Shown in pieces: positions 16,240 to 25,444 of a stretch of 64,000 nt of DNA. The position numbers were made by a program, and so were the translations under genes. The notes beneath the pieces were generated by a model. That model had not been told where the DNA came from. It did not search any database and was given only the letters and a program-made list of their open reading frames with translations. The DNA is taken from assembly GCA_964516385.1 (NCBI GenBank), contig CAZEYM010000005.1, positions 6,830 through 70,829 on the forward strand, given 5' to 3'. Position 1 is the stretch's first letter. Each line of letters begins with the position of its first letter. This stretch comes from an uncultured Thermotogaceae bacterium (GTDB taxonomy: Bacteria > Bipolaricaulota > Bipolaricaulia > Bipolaricaulales > Bipolaricaulaceae).

Positions 16240-16268
16240 ACTATAGCATTGCCCCCGCTGAGCTACAA
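16240..16268 (-). promoter_or_regulatory. Putative sigma-A promoter for the micro-ORF / Cys-rich protein transcript
   Basis: On the minus strand: TTGTAG (16268..16263), 17-nt spacer, TATAGT (16245..16240). The SD starts 6 nt downstream. Confidence 0.4.
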
Positions 16269-16284
16269 GTGCAGTGCATTACAA

Positions 16285-16313
16285 TTGCGGGTCGCTGTGG
16301 ACCCCCGTATAAT
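16285..16313 (+). promoter_or_regulatory. Putative sigma-A promoter giving a leaderless or near-leaderless ABC operon mRNA
   Basis: TTGCGG (16285..16290), 17-nt spacer, perfect TATAAT (16308..16313). The ATG of the binding-protein gene is only 8 nt further (16322) and no SD intervenes. Confidence 0.45.
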
Positions 16314-16321
16314 CGAACACC

Positions 16322-17365
16322 ATGCGCTCATCCGTTTGGGTAGCGGTTTTGCTGGCGTTCTTGACTTCCACGACGGCGGTAGCCGGATCCCTTCGCGTGT
16401 CGGTCCCTCCTCTGTTCGGCTCCGTACCAGTGATATTGGCCTCTGACACCGCATGGGGGCTGTTCGCTGAGGAAGGGCTCGCTGTGACCGTCGTTCCTCT
16501 ACCCAGCCAACGGGATCGCACAATGGCGTTCACGGCACAGCAAGTGGACGTGCTGGTGGCGGATCTCACCCAGGCTGTGATCATAGTCTCCCAGCAGAGC
16601 ACTGATGCGGTGATAGCAGGGGCCACATACTCTGTGGAACCGGCTGACGAGGGGAATTCTCCGCCTGTGATGCTCATTAGCCAGCGTTACGCGCGGGTGA
16701 CGTCCGTGGAGGAACTGGCGCAAGAGGCTTCCGAGGGCAGCGTGAAGATCGGCGTGCCCAGGCAGTCAGACCTTGAATTCATGCTGGACCAGCTGTTCGA
16801 GAGCACAGAGCTGCCCCTGCCGCCGGCACAGCAAGCGTACGTGGGTAGGGACGACCTGCTCATCAATGCCGACTTCCTGGGCAGGGGCCATTTTCACGCG
16901 GGGGTCTTCCCACAACCCTACGCTGATTACCTCCTGTCCATTGACTTCCCAGGCAAACCGGAGTTCTTCGTATTGTCTGACTTCATGGGCATCCCCGTTC
17001 CTCCCACGGTGATCGTCCTGCAGAGGAGCCTTCTGGAGGAAAGACCCGAGGACGTGGCCGCTTTCTTCCGAGCTCTGGATGGAGCAGTGGAGAGGGTCAA
17101 CACCCTCCCGCGTGATGATCTGTTGGAGCTGGGGTGGCAGCTGGTCACTCATCTGTTCATGCCGGGCCAGGAACCTCACACACTGGCGGCTGAGGATAGG
17201 GAGAATGTGGAGAAGGCCATCGAGAAGCTGTTTGTGCCCGAATTTCCTTTGCCTCATTCTCTGGACCCCGAGCTGTTCAACCAAGTGCTTTCCTGGGCCC
17301 AGCGCAAAGGATACGTTAGGTTCCCTGCTCGGTTCGACGAACGCGTGATTTCTCCAGTCCGATGA
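16322..17365 (+). CDS. ABC transporter substrate-binding protein, NMT1/SsuA-like (nitrate/sulfonate/bicarbonate class)
   Basis: Signal peptide MRSSVWVAVLLAFLTSTTAVAG. Class assignment comes mainly from its partners, the SsuB/TauB-type ATPase and SsuC/TauC-type permease immediately downstream. Confidence 0.75.
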   Translation: MRSSVWVAVLLAFLTSTTAVAGSLRVSVPPLFGSVPVILASDTAWGLFAEEGLAVTVVPLPSQRDRTMAFTAQQVDVLVADLTQAVIIVSQQSTDAVIAGATYSVEPADEGNSPPVMLISQRYARVTSVEELAQEASEGSVKIGVPRQSDLEFMLDQLFESTELPLPPAQQAYVGRDDLLINADFLGRGHFHAGVFPQPYADYLLSIDFPGKPEFFVLSDFMGIPVPPTVIVLQRSLLEERPEDVAAFFRALDGAVERVNTLPRDDLLELGWQLVTHLFMPGQEPHTLAAEDRENVEKAIEKLFVPEFPLPHSLDPELFNQVLSWAQRKGYVRFPARFDERVISPVR

Positions 17366-18096
17366 TCGAGGTGGAGAACGTCAGCATAGCCTATGGTCAC
17401 GGACGCAGAGAGATAGCTACGTTGAACGGAATTACCTTCCACGTGAGTGCCGGAGAGCTTGTGTCGGTCGTCGGTCCGTCCGGGTGCGGGAAGAGCACGC
17501 TCCTATATGCGCTGGACGGCCTGCTCAGTCCTACTCAAGGGAGGATCCGGATCGGGGGTGAGGAAGTCAGAGGAATCCGTCGTGACGTGGCACTCATTTT
17601 GCAGGATGCAGGGCTCCTCCCATGGAAGACGGTCAGACAGAACGCGCAGTTGGCGTTGCGCATCCAGGGACTGAAGGAAGACGTGGGTGACACCCTTCAC
17701 TCGTTGGGGCTGGCAGGTTTTGAGTCCCGTTTCCCCGCTGAGCTCTCCGAGGGGATGAAGCGAAGGGTAGGGATTGCCCGGGCCCTTGCACTGCACCCGC
17801 GGGTGCTGCTCATGGACGAACCGATGGCGAATCTGGATTCGTTGACCAGAGAAAGGATTCAGAACCTGATCCTCGAGTTGTGGAGGACTTTGCACTTCAC
17901 CGGTGTGCTGGTGACGCACGACATCGAGGAGGCTGTCTTCCTCGGCCGCCGCATTCTGATCCTGTCGCCCCGCCCGGCCACGCTGACTGAGGTGGTGTAT
18001 AACCCCGCAGCGGGCTCGACGGAATACCGTGGCAGCGATGAGTTCTACTCTCGCGTGGACTACCTCAGGTGCAAGCTGGGGGTGGACCACTCATGA
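17362..18096 (+). CDS. ABC transporter ATP-binding protein (SsuB/TauB-like)
   Basis: Walker A GPSGCGKST, signature LSEGMKRR, Walker B LLMDEP. ATGA overlap with the upstream gene. Confidence 0.9.
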   Translation: MIEVENVSIAYGHGRREIATLNGITFHVSAGELVSVVGPSGCGKSTLLYALDGLLSPTQGRIRIGGEEVRGIRRDVALILQDAGLLPWKTVRQNAQLALRIQGLKEDVGDTLHSLGLAGFESRFPAELSEGMKRRVGIARALALHPRVLLMDEPMANLDSLTRERIQNLILELWRTLHFTGVLVTHDIEEAVFLGRRILILSPRPATLTEVVYNPAAGSTEYRGSDEFYSRVDYLRCKLGVDHS

Positions 18097-18866
18097 GGCA
18101 GGGGGGGCGCTATGTAATGGCGATGGGAGTTCTTTTCTCCGCCTGGTGGCTCGCCTCGTGGGCTCTGTACTTGGCTCACGGTCGAGCAGTCCTCCCGACT
18201 CCCGCGGAGACGCTCATCGAAGGCTTCCGAAACACCGAGCTTCTGGCTACTGCGTTTGCGAATACCGCTTGGAGATTTCTGTTGTCTCTCTGCATTGCAT
18301 TCGCTCTGGGGCTTCCCTTGGGGCTGCTGATAGGGTTTCAGCGGAGACTCCACCAGTACTTGTCTCCGCTGGTACACCTCACTTATCCTATACCGCCGGT
18401 GGCCCTCCTCATGTTCTTGTACATGGCGTTCGGCATCGGTGAGATGGTGAAGGTGCTGGTGGTCGTGGTCGCGCTCTTCTTCCAGGTGCTGGTGGCGGCA
18501 CAGGGAGCTGCCCGGCAGATTCCCCAGACCTATATCACTTCGGTCCGGTCGGCGGGAGCCAGTACTTGGGGGTTGTACCGACATGTGGTGTTTCCGGCCA
18601 CCCTGCCCAGCGTGCTCACTGCGGCCCGAGTGTCGGTGGGGTTGGGCATAACGATGGTGTACATTGCTGAGAACGAGCTGGGCTTGGTAGCAGGGCCGGA
18701 GAGCGGTCTGGGTCGCCTGATCGATCACTTCACGTTCCGGGCTGAGCTGGCTATGGCTGGGGTGGTGGGACTGGCGCTGCTCGGACTTGCGTTCTACGCA
18801 GCGTTAGAACTCGCCGACCGTTGGCTGTGTCGCTGGCGCCACGTGGGAGGGCACGGTGAAGCTTGA
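18093..18866 (+). CDS. ABC transporter permease (SsuC/TauC-like)
   Basis: ATG 18093 overlaps the ATPase stop (ATGA). Polytopic, with an EAA-like loop (SVRSAGASTWGLYRHVVFPATLP). Confidence 0.85.
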   Translation: MRQGGRYVMAMGVLFSAWWLASWALYLAHGRAVLPTPAETLIEGFRNTELLATAFANTAWRFLLSLCIAFALGLPLGLLIGFQRRLHQYLSPLVHLTYPIPPVALLMFLYMAFGIGEMVKVLVVVVALFFQVLVAAQGAARQIPQTYITSVRSAGASTWGLYRHVVFPATLPSVLTAARVSVGLGITMVYIAENELGLVAGPESGLGRLIDHFTFRAELAMAGVVGLALLGLAFYAALELADRWLCRWRHVGGHGEA

Positions 18867-19680
18867 ACGTGCGGTGTTTGTGTACAACGCAAGCAAGCCT
18901 GGCGCTGCTGCGGCCGCCCGCCGTGGTGCTGAGTGGTGCCGGCGGAACGGAGTCACGGCTCAACTCACGTCACGCAGGGAGTTTCACTGCCGGGAGGGAG
19001 ATCTAGTCGTTGCCATTGGAGGAGATGGGACACTGCTGCGAGCGGCCTCTGTTCTGTACCCGGCACAGGTGCCAGTGCTGGGGGTGCATATGGGGTCGCT
19101 GGGGTTCCTTTCCTCGTGCACTGCTGGCCGCCTGGAGGAGGCGCTGCAACAGGTCATGACTGGCGCCTGTCGTGTGGAGGCGCGTGCGCGTCTTGCGGCA
19201 AGCTGGGGCGATCAAGCGCAAACCGTGCTCAACGACGTGGTTCTCCTGGGCAGGGAGAGGGGAAGGATGACTCGGATGGGCGTATGGGCTGACGGGGATC
19301 CCGTGGCTGAGATAGCCGGTGACGGCCTCATCGTTGCCAGTCCCACCGGAGCCTCTGCCTATGCCCTGGCCTGCGGCGGGCCCGTTGTGGCACCGGAACT
19401 GGAAGCTCTGCTGTTGGTGCCGGTGGCTCCGCATCGTTTGGGAGCGCGCCCTGTTGTGCTCCCTGCTCGGGCATGCGTTGTGGTTCATGCGCACTACGGG
19501 ACAACCGTTATGTTGGACGGGGATGAGGTGGGGGAGTTGCAGCCTGGGGAAACGCTGAGCGTTTCGCTTGCATCGTTGCCTACCCTGTTGGTGAGGCTAG
19601 CTGAACAGCGGTGGTGCTTTCAGCGGCTCAGAGAGAAGTTGGGCTGGCTGCCGGGGCCGGCCCCGAAAGGGGAGACATGA
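18856..19680 (+). CDS. nadK: NAD kinase
   Basis: GGDGTLL motif, NDVV, and ASPTGASAY block. GTG start overlaps the permease 3' end. Confidence 0.9.
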   Translation: MKLERAVFVYNASKPGAAAAARRGAEWCRRNGVTAQLTSRREFHCREGDLVVAIGGDGTLLRAASVLYPAQVPVLGVHMGSLGFLSSCTAGRLEEALQQVMTGACRVEARARLAASWGDQAQTVLNDVVLLGRERGRMTRMGVWADGDPVAEIAGDGLIVASPTGASAYALACGGPVVAPELEALLLVPVAPHRLGARPVVLPARACVVVHAHYGTTVMLDGDEVGELQPGETLSVSLASLPTLLVRLAEQRWCFQRLREKLGWLPGPAPKGET

Positions 19681-21011
19681 GCGTCGAACGGTTGATCGAC
19701 ACAGCACTCGCCTACGAGGGAGTGGACGAGTTGGAGGTTCTGGCAATCCGTGCGCGCGATGAACTGACGCGTTTCACAGACTGCCAAATTCACCAGAATG
19801 TGGCGTCAGACGAGGTGCGTCTGTTCTTGCGAGCCTGGGTGGAAGGGAAGACTGGTGTAGCGGAGACGAACGAGGCTACGGAGGAGGGCGTGCGACGAGC
19901 GCTGGAGGTCGCCGAGAAACTGGCGCGCGGGCAGACGAAACCTGCCGGATACAACCCCCCGGAGCCCCAACCAGCTCCCGACGTGCCGTCGTGGGACGCG
20001 GAGACTTGGGATGCCTCGCCGCAGTTGCGTGCTGAGCTGGTATCCAGGGTGGTAAGAGGGGCAAAGGAAGCGGGGTTCAACAGCTCGGGGTCGTTGGCCA
20101 CAGGGGGAGGCGAACTGTGGGTGGCCAGTACGCGGGGAGTGAGAGCTTATACGAAGTCGACCAGGGCCCTCTTCGTCAACGTGGTGAGTGGAAAACGGGG
20201 AGGTTCGGGCTACGCTGAGTTCAGCTCTGTGCGGTTGTCCGACTTCCATCCGGAGAAGGTAGCAGAGCGCGCGCTGGAGAAAACCGAGCGGGGCGAAGAG
20301 CGCCAGGCTCTGGAGCCCGGCGAGTATACCGTGGTACTGGAAGAGCCGGCTGTGGCCACAGTGCTCGGCATGATGAGCTTCATGGGATTCTCTGCCCGCG
20401 CCCTCCTGGAGCGGCGCAGCTTCATGGAAGGGCGGCTGGGGGAGAAGGTAGCTTCCGAACTAGTGACTGTATACGACGATCCGTTGGACGCCCGGGGACT
20501 GCCTCGACCGTTCGACTTCGAAGGTGTTCCCAGCGAGCGAGTGTACTTCTTCCGGCGCGGGGTTGCCGAGGCTGTGGTGCACGACACTCGTACGGCAGCG
20601 CCGAGCGGGGTCCAGTCCACTGGCCACGCCCTCCCACCCCCCTACAGCGCCTACTCGCCCATGCCCGGCAACGTGGTGATGGAAGAAGGGAGCGCGTCCG
20701 ACGACGAACTCATTGCAGGCGTGGAGCGCGGTTTGTTGGTCACGCGCTTTCACTACGCGCGTCCCGTTGAGCCTCGAGAGGGCATAATGACGATGATGAC
20801 CCGCGACGGGACCTTTCTCATCGAGGACGGTAAGGTGCGCGGGGCGGTGGACGACCTTCGGGTCACTGAGTCCGGCCTGCGAGCGTTGGCCGAAGTGGAC
20901 GCAGTGGGGCGGGATCAGCAGTTGATCACCGGAGGTGAAGGGTTCGGAGGTTTTCTGGTTCCGAAGGTCCGCATTCGCAAGTTCAAGTTCACTGGCCGGA
21001 CCCAACGATAG
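19677..21011 (+). CDS. TldD/PmbA family metalloprotease
   Basis: MSVERLID start overlaps the nadK stop (ATGA). About 444 aa with the TldD/PmbA-like layout. No paired second subunit gene is nearby. Confidence 0.8.
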   Translation: MSVERLIDTALAYEGVDELEVLAIRARDELTRFTDCQIHQNVASDEVRLFLRAWVEGKTGVAETNEATEEGVRRALEVAEKLARGQTKPAGYNPPEPQPAPDVPSWDAETWDASPQLRAELVSRVVRGAKEAGFNSSGSLATGGGELWVASTRGVRAYTKSTRALFVNVVSGKRGGSGYAEFSSVRLSDFHPEKVAERALEKTERGEERQALEPGEYTVVLEEPAVATVLGMMSFMGFSARALLERRSFMEGRLGEKVASELVTVYDDPLDARGLPRPFDFEGVPSERVYFFRRGVAEAVVHDTRTAAPSGVQSTGHALPPPYSAYSPMPGNVVMEEGSASDDELIAGVERGLLVTRFHYARPVEPREGIMTMMTRDGTFLIEDGKVRGAVDDLRVTESGLRALAEVDAVGRDQQLITGGEGFGGFLVPKVRIRKFKFTGRTQR

Positions 21012-21020
21012 GAAGGAGAA

Positions 21021-21068
21021 GGGGACAGTCCTTCGCGGCCGGGAAGTTGGCCGTCGGGGACTGTCCCC
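21021..21068. terminator. Bidirectional stem-loop between convergent tldD-like and hsp20 genes
   Basis: ggggacagtcc ... ggactgtcccc (11-bp arms), with an inner cggcc/ggccg stem inside the loop. Located 10 nt after one stop and 7 nt after the other. Confidence 0.6.
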
Positions 21069-21074
21069 GTCTGG

Positions 21075-21521
21075 TTACTCGACCTTGACTTCGTGGCCTT
21101 GTCCCTCTTTGGGGGACCTCTTCAGCGGAACCTCCACGCGGAGGATGCCGTCACTGAACTTGGCCTTCACCTGGTTGGGTTCGGCCACCTCCTCCGGCAG
21201 AGGGAAGGTCCGCTGGAACCGCCCGCAGCGGCGACCCATGCGGATGTAGCTCTCCTCTCGCACTTCCTCGCTCCGCTTCACCTCGCCGGTGACAACCAGG
21301 CTCTTTCCTTGCACTCTTACCTGGACGTCCTCCTTATGAGCACCGGGAAGCTCGGTTTCGATGATGAGCGAGTTGTCTTTGACGTATACATCGGACCTGC
21401 CGAAGGACGGCGCCACATCCACGTCCAGGTCGCCGAAGCTCCTGAACATGTTGTCCACCAACCTGCCGATGTCGTCAGTCAGCCGGAACGGCTCGCGCCA
21501 CACTCTTGGAAGCAGAGTCAT
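21075..21521 (-). CDS. Hsp20/alpha-crystallin small heat-shock protein
   Basis: Alpha-crystallin domain ending in FSDGILRVEVPL. ATG 21521 is preferred over the track GTG 21530 because AAAGGAGGGG lies about 10 nt upstream. Confidence 0.9.
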   Translation of the reverse strand: MTLLPRVWREPFRLTDDIGRLVDNMFRSFGDLDVDVAPSFGRSDVYVKDNSLIIETELPGAHKEDVQVRVQGKSLVVTGEVKRSEEVREESYIRMGRRCGRFQRTFPLPEEVAEPNQVKAKFSDGILRVEVPLKRSPKEGQGHEVKVE

Positions 21522-21539
21522 GATACACACCCCCTCCTT

Positions 21540-21566
21540 TTAGCAGTCGACCATGGTCAGTGCTAA
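21540..21566 (-). promoter_or_regulatory. CIRCE-like operator (HrcA binding site) in the hsp20 leader
   Basis: The minus strand reads TTAGCACTG-N9-GACTGCTAA, versus the consensus TTAGCACTC-N9-GAGTGCTAA (16/18 match). It sits between the -10 box and the SD. Confidence 0.6.
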
Positions 21567-21594
21567 TTATAGGGAGTGGGGGGTGGGGTGTCAA
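21565..21594 (-). promoter_or_regulatory. Consensus sigma-A promoter of hsp20
   Basis: On the minus strand: TTGACA (21594..21589), 18-nt spacer, TATAAT (21570..21565). The -10 box abuts and overlaps the CIRCE element by 2 nt. Confidence 0.6.
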
Positions 21595-21720
21595 GCTCCT
21601 CGCGTTGACTGAGCAGAGAACCCCCCCCCGCTGTCGGACTCCCTCCCCCTGGGGTTGGGCGACGGGGATGCCCCGGGATTGGCGTGCGTGCAGCTGCTGT
21701 CCCACGCAGCCCTCTGTTGA

Positions 21721-21990
21721 TTGCAGCGTCGTTCAGCGGTCTTTGGTGGCCGGTCAAGGCTATGGCCACTAGACTGTGGTGTGGTAACGTTGCTGGTGTG
21801 GGTGCTGCGTGTGTACCAGCGGGTGATCTCCCCGCTCATTCCTCGCCGGTGTCGCTTCTACCCGAGTTGCTCCGAATACGCCCGTCAGGCACTGCTAACC
21901 CACGGTGTCCTGCGAGGAGGCTGGCTGGCGCTGAACAGAATCCTCAAGTGTGGTCCATGGCATCCTGGCGGGCACGACCCGGTGCCCTAG
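21721..21990 (+). CDS. yidD: Membrane protein insertion efficiency factor YidD
   Basis: [23 protein letters not shown]...[16 protein letters not shown] is the YidD signature. The start is uncertain; an internal GTG at 21781 is possible. Confidence 0.8.
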   Translation: MQRRSAVFGGRSRLWPLDCGVVTLLVWVLRVYQRVISPLIPRRCRFYPSCSEYARQALLTHGVLRGGWLALNRILKCGPWHPGGHDPVP

Positions 21991-23120
21991 GGCGACACTC
22001 TCTCTGTTTGCTGCTGCCAAAGGTCGAGGGCCAGGCCGGCCATCGCTTTGGCCGCCACTAGCATTCCCTGGCGGGCGCCCTCGCTGCGAGAAGCCTCGGC
22101 GAACTCCCGCGAGTGCGCTGGGATGTCATGTTCGGTGATGCGAATGTAGGGATGGATGGCGGGCACGACCCAGGAGACGTCCCCCATGTCCGTTGACCCC
22201 ATGCCACCTGTGGGTTCGTCTTCGGGCACGCCCAATTGGGCGAGTTGCCTGCGGAACCCTTCCACAAGCTTGGGGTCGGGCCGCATGGCCTTGTACTCGT
22301 GCCCCACCTTCTGAAAGCTGAGCGAAGCACCCGTGGCCAAGGCTGCACCTTCAGCGCAGCGGCGGAGCTTGTCCACCAGTTCATCCCGATAGTCGTTCTC
22401 CTGTGCACGGACGTAGAAGCGTGCTGCGGCCCGCTCGGGCACGATGTTGGGCTTCTCTCCGCCGTCCGTGATTATGCCGTGGACACGCGCTCCGTCGGCA
22501 ATATGCTGTCGCAGTGCGTTCAGGCCCACGAAAGTTTGGATCACCGCGTCGAGTGCGTTGATTCCCTTCTCGGGCTGCGATGAGGCGTGCGCTGCTCGAC
22601 CGTGAAACACAAGCTCTAGCTCGCTGATGGCCAACGAGCCCCTCCCGACACGGGTGGCCGAGGCTGGGTGGACCATGAAAGCAGTGTCCAAGTCGTTGAA
22701 TAACCCCGCCTCGATCATGCGAACCTTGCCGCCGCCTCCCTCTTCGGCAGGAGTGCCCAGGAGAACCAAAGTACCAGGCAGCTCTTCTTTAAACGGTGCT
22801 AATCCCAGCGCGGCCCCCACCGCGCTGGCGGCGATGATGTTGTGCCCACAAGCGTGTCCGAGGCCAGGGAGTGCGTCGTACTCGGCGAGCACTCCCAGGC
22901 ATGGACCGGGCGCATGTGCGGGGTGCACGGCACGCAGAGCGGTGGGAATCCCACCAACTCCCGGTTCCACATGGAAGCCCCCCGCCTCCAACGCTTCCGC
23001 AATCCAACCTGCTGCGCGCTCCTCCTCGTACCCCAGTTCCGGATGAGAGTGGATGCGCAGTGCAAGCTGCCACAGTTGTTCCGCCAACTCGTCAATTCGT
23101 TGCCAGACGCGCTCCTTCAT
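21987..23120 (-). CDS. M20 family amidohydrolase/peptidase (M20D, AbgB/HipO-like)
   Basis: HPELGYEE and HACGHN metal-binding motifs. ATG 23120 is preceded by GGGAGG. Its stop overlaps the yidD stop as CTAG. Confidence 0.85.
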   Translation of the reverse strand: MKERVWQRIDELAEQLWQLALRIHSHPELGYEEERAAGWIAEALEAGGFHVEPGVGGIPTALRAVHPAHAPGPCLGVLAEYDALPGLGHACGHNIIAASAVGAALGLAPFKEELPGTLVLLGTPAEEGGGGKVRMIEAGLFNDLDTAFMVHPASATRVGRGSLAISELELVFHGRAAHASSQPEKGINALDAVIQTFVGLNALRQHIADGARVHGIITDGGEKPNIVPERAAARFYVRAQENDYRDELVDKLRRCAEGAALATGASLSFQKVGHEYKAMRPDPKLVEGFRRQLAQLGVPEDEPTGGMGSTDMGDVSWVVPAIHPYIRITEHDIPAHSREFAEASRSEGARQGMLVAAKAMAGLALDLWQQQTERVSP

Positions 23121-23134
23121 TCTCTCTTCCTCCC

Positions 23135-24517
23135 TCAAAGACTGCCTTGCAAGTACCTGTTGATGGCGGCTGCGGCCTGCTTACCCGCCCCCATGGCTGA
23201 GATCACGGTGGCAGCACCCGTGACTATGTCGCCGCCGGCGAACACCCCGGGGCGTGTGGTGGCTCCGACCGCGTCCGCTTCTACCGTACCTCGCCGGCTG
23301 ACCTGTAAACCCGGTGTAGTACGCGGCACCAGGGGGTGTGGCTGGTTCCCCACGGCCACAACGCAGGCATCAACTTCGACTATGAACTCCGACCCCTCAA
23401 TGGGTACCGGACGGCGCCGGCCGGATTCATCGGGTGGACCGAGCTCCATCCTTATGCACTCAGCCTGAGCGAGCGCCCCCTCCGTGCCGTGAAGGCGAAC
23501 CGGGTTGACCAAGAACTGCATGTCGACGCCCTCTTCCTCTGCGTGGTGTACCTCCTCCACACGGGCGGGCATCTCATTGCGAGTTCTTCGGTAGAGTATT
23601 GTGACCTTCTTTGCTCCTAGGCGGAGGGCGGTACGTGCGGCGTCCATGGCTACGTTGCCACCGCCCACTACGGCCACGTGTCGGCCGATGCGCACCGGGG
23701 TGTCGAAGACTGGGAACTGCCACGCCCGCATCAGGTTCACTCGGGTGAGGAACTCGTTGGCTGAGTACACCCCGATCAACGTTTCGCCAGGGATCCCTAG
23801 GAAGCGTGGCAGTCCGGCCCCACTCCCCACGAACACTGCCTCATACCCTTCCGCAAACAGCCCGTCCACGGTGATGGTTTTGCCCACCACCATATCCGTC
23901 TCCAACTCCACACCCAGGCGCCGCAGGCCCTCCACTTCGTGGGCGACCACGGCCTTCGGCAGACGGAACTCTGGGATGCCGTACATGAGCACTCCTCCGG
24001 GCTCGTGGAGCGCCTCAAAGACCGTCACCGCGTGGCCGAACAGAACCAAGTCGGCGGCGCATGTGAGCCCTGCCGGTCCTGCACCTATCACTGCCACTCG
24101 GTGCCCGGTCGGGGGAGCCAATTCGGCGACCTCGGCGCCGTGCTGGCGCTCCCAGTCAGCGACAAAACGCTCCAGCCGACCGATGCCACAGGGTTCGAAC
24201 TTCTTGCCCAGCGTGCATACACCCTGGCACTGAGTCTCCTGTGGGCACACTCTCCCGCACACTGCCGGGAGGTTGTTGGTCCTTTTGATGGTGGCAGCAG
24301 CGGCGCGGAACTCCCCTCTCTCCACTTGCTGGATGAACGTGGGGATATCCACCTCGACTGGGCATCCCTTGACGCAGGGTTTGTTCTTGCACTGGAGACA
24401 ACGTGCTGCCTCCTGGCGGGCTTCCTCCTCGCTGTAGCCCAACGGGACCTCGTCGAAGTTGCGGATCCGGGAGGCTGGATCCTGTTCTCGCATCGGCACC
24501 TGGGTTTCTCGGATCAT
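23135..24517 (-). CDS. NADPH-dependent glutamate synthase small-subunit-like oxidoreductase (NfnB/SudA-type)
   Basis: N-terminal Fe-S motifs CLQCKNKPCVKGCPV and CGRVCPQETQCQGVC. Two dinucleotide folds, VAVIGAGPAGL and VAVVGGGNVAMD. Confidence 0.85.
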   Translation of the reverse strand: MIRETQVPMREQDPASRIRNFDEVPLGYSEEEARQEAARCLQCKNKPCVKGCPVEVDIPTFIQQVERGEFRAAAATIKRTNNLPAVCGRVCPQETQCQGVCTLGKKFEPCGIGRLERFVADWERQHGAEVAELAPPTGHRVAVIGAGPAGLTCAADLVLFGHAVTVFEALHEPGGVLMYGIPEFRLPKAVVAHEVEGLRRLGVELETDMVVGKTITVDGLFAEGYEAVFVGSGAGLPRFLGIPGETLIGVYSANEFLTRVNLMRAWQFPVFDTPVRIGRHVAVVGGGNVAMDAARTALRLGAKKVTILYRRTRNEMPARVEEVHHAEEEGVDMQFLVNPVRLHGTEGALAQAECIRMELGPPDESGRRRPVPIEGSEFIVEVDACVVAVGNQPHPLVPRTTPGLQVSRRGTVEADAVGATTRPGVFAGGDIVTGAATVISAMGAGKQAAAAINRYLQGSL

Positions 24518-25356
24518 CGGGTGGCCTCCTGGATCATCCGCCTGTACCTGTCAAGAGCGCACTTCTCTTCTTCCTTATAGGCAGCCAGGCGAGCAATGAG
24601 GAGATCCCAGTTCACCGCGTCTCCCGGGAACTCGGGGCCGTCCACACAAGCAAAGCGGACATGATCTCCCACTTCCACCCTACAGGCACCGCACATTCCT
24701 GTCCCATCTACCATGATAGGGTTGAGAGAGACCGTAACGGGGACTCCTGCCTTACTGGCGGTCGCAGCGCAGAACTTCATCATCACAGCCGGTCCCACAG
24801 CCCACACGCGGGACACCTGGCGGGCCGCCAACACCTCGGCCAAAGGCTCGGTCACCAGCCCTTTTCTTCCTGCACTTCCGTCATCGGTGGTGACAATCAA
24901 CTCGTGGCAGGCGTCCTTCATCCTGTCCAACCAAAACAACAAGTCGCTCGACCGCGCCCCGACGATCCCGAGCACCCGCGCCCCAGCACTCTTCAGAGCC
25001 CGAGCAATGGGAAAGAGGGGAGCAATACCCACACCTCCGCCGACGCACACCACCGTCCCCTCGGCGACGACCTCCGAAGGCTCTCCCAGAGGTCCCACTA
25101 CGTCACGCAACGCATCTCCGACGCCAAATGTCTCGTGCATCTGGCGGGTGGTCTTTCCTACTGACTGCACAACGAGCGTGACTGTGCCCTGTGATTCATC
25201 CCAATCGGCCAGAGTGAGGGGAATTCTCTCCCCCTTTTCGTGCAGGCGGACTACCACGAACTGTCCCGGGGCAGCTGCCTGAGCCACCCGAGGGGCTTCC
25301 ACCTCAAACTGATCGATACTGGGGCCAATCGATTGCTTGGCCACAATGGAGTACAT
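24514..25356 (-). CDS. Ferredoxin-NADP reductase-like FAD/NAD-binding subunit (NfnA/SudB-type)
   Basis: MYSIVAKQ start at 25356 with AAAGGAG SD. RIPLTLAD and CVGGGVGIAPL motifs. C-terminal 2Fe-2S-like CGACRV...C. ATGA overlap with the downstream partner. Confidence 0.85.
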   Translation of the reverse strand: MYSIVAKQSIGPSIDQFEVEAPRVAQAAAPGQFVVVRLHEKGERIPLTLADWDESQGTVTLVVQSVGKTTRQMHETFGVGDALRDVVGPLGEPSEVVAEGTVVCVGGGVGIAPLFPIARALKSAGARVLGIVGARSSDLLFWLDRMKDACHELIVTTDDGSAGRKGLVTEPLAEVLAARQVSRVWAVGPAVMMKFCAATASKAGVPVTVSLNPIMVDGTGMCGACRVEVGDHVRFACVDGPEFPGDAVNWDLLIARLAAYKEEEKCALDRYRRMIQEATR

Positions 25357-25444
25357 CCCTGCTCCCACTCCTTTCTCGGCACTGCGGTCTACGTGTCTGT
25401 GCTCTCCAGCGAACTGACAACTGGGCAAGAAAGCACCTCATCGT

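Noticed and set aside
16212-16321. Possible TPP (THI-box) riboswitch ahead of the NMT1/THI5-like binding-protein gene
   Set aside because: I could not find the conserved CUGAGA ... ACCUGAUCUGGAUAAUGCCAGCG-type core. The 110-nt gap is also fully used by two divergent promoters.
21595-21720. C9 homopolymer and G/C-rich stretch between hsp20 and yidD as a possible phase-variable tract or structured RNA
   Set aside because: The nine-C run lies in non-coding DNA upstream of both promoters, with no ORF for slippage to affect. I could see no convincing conserved secondary structure by eye.
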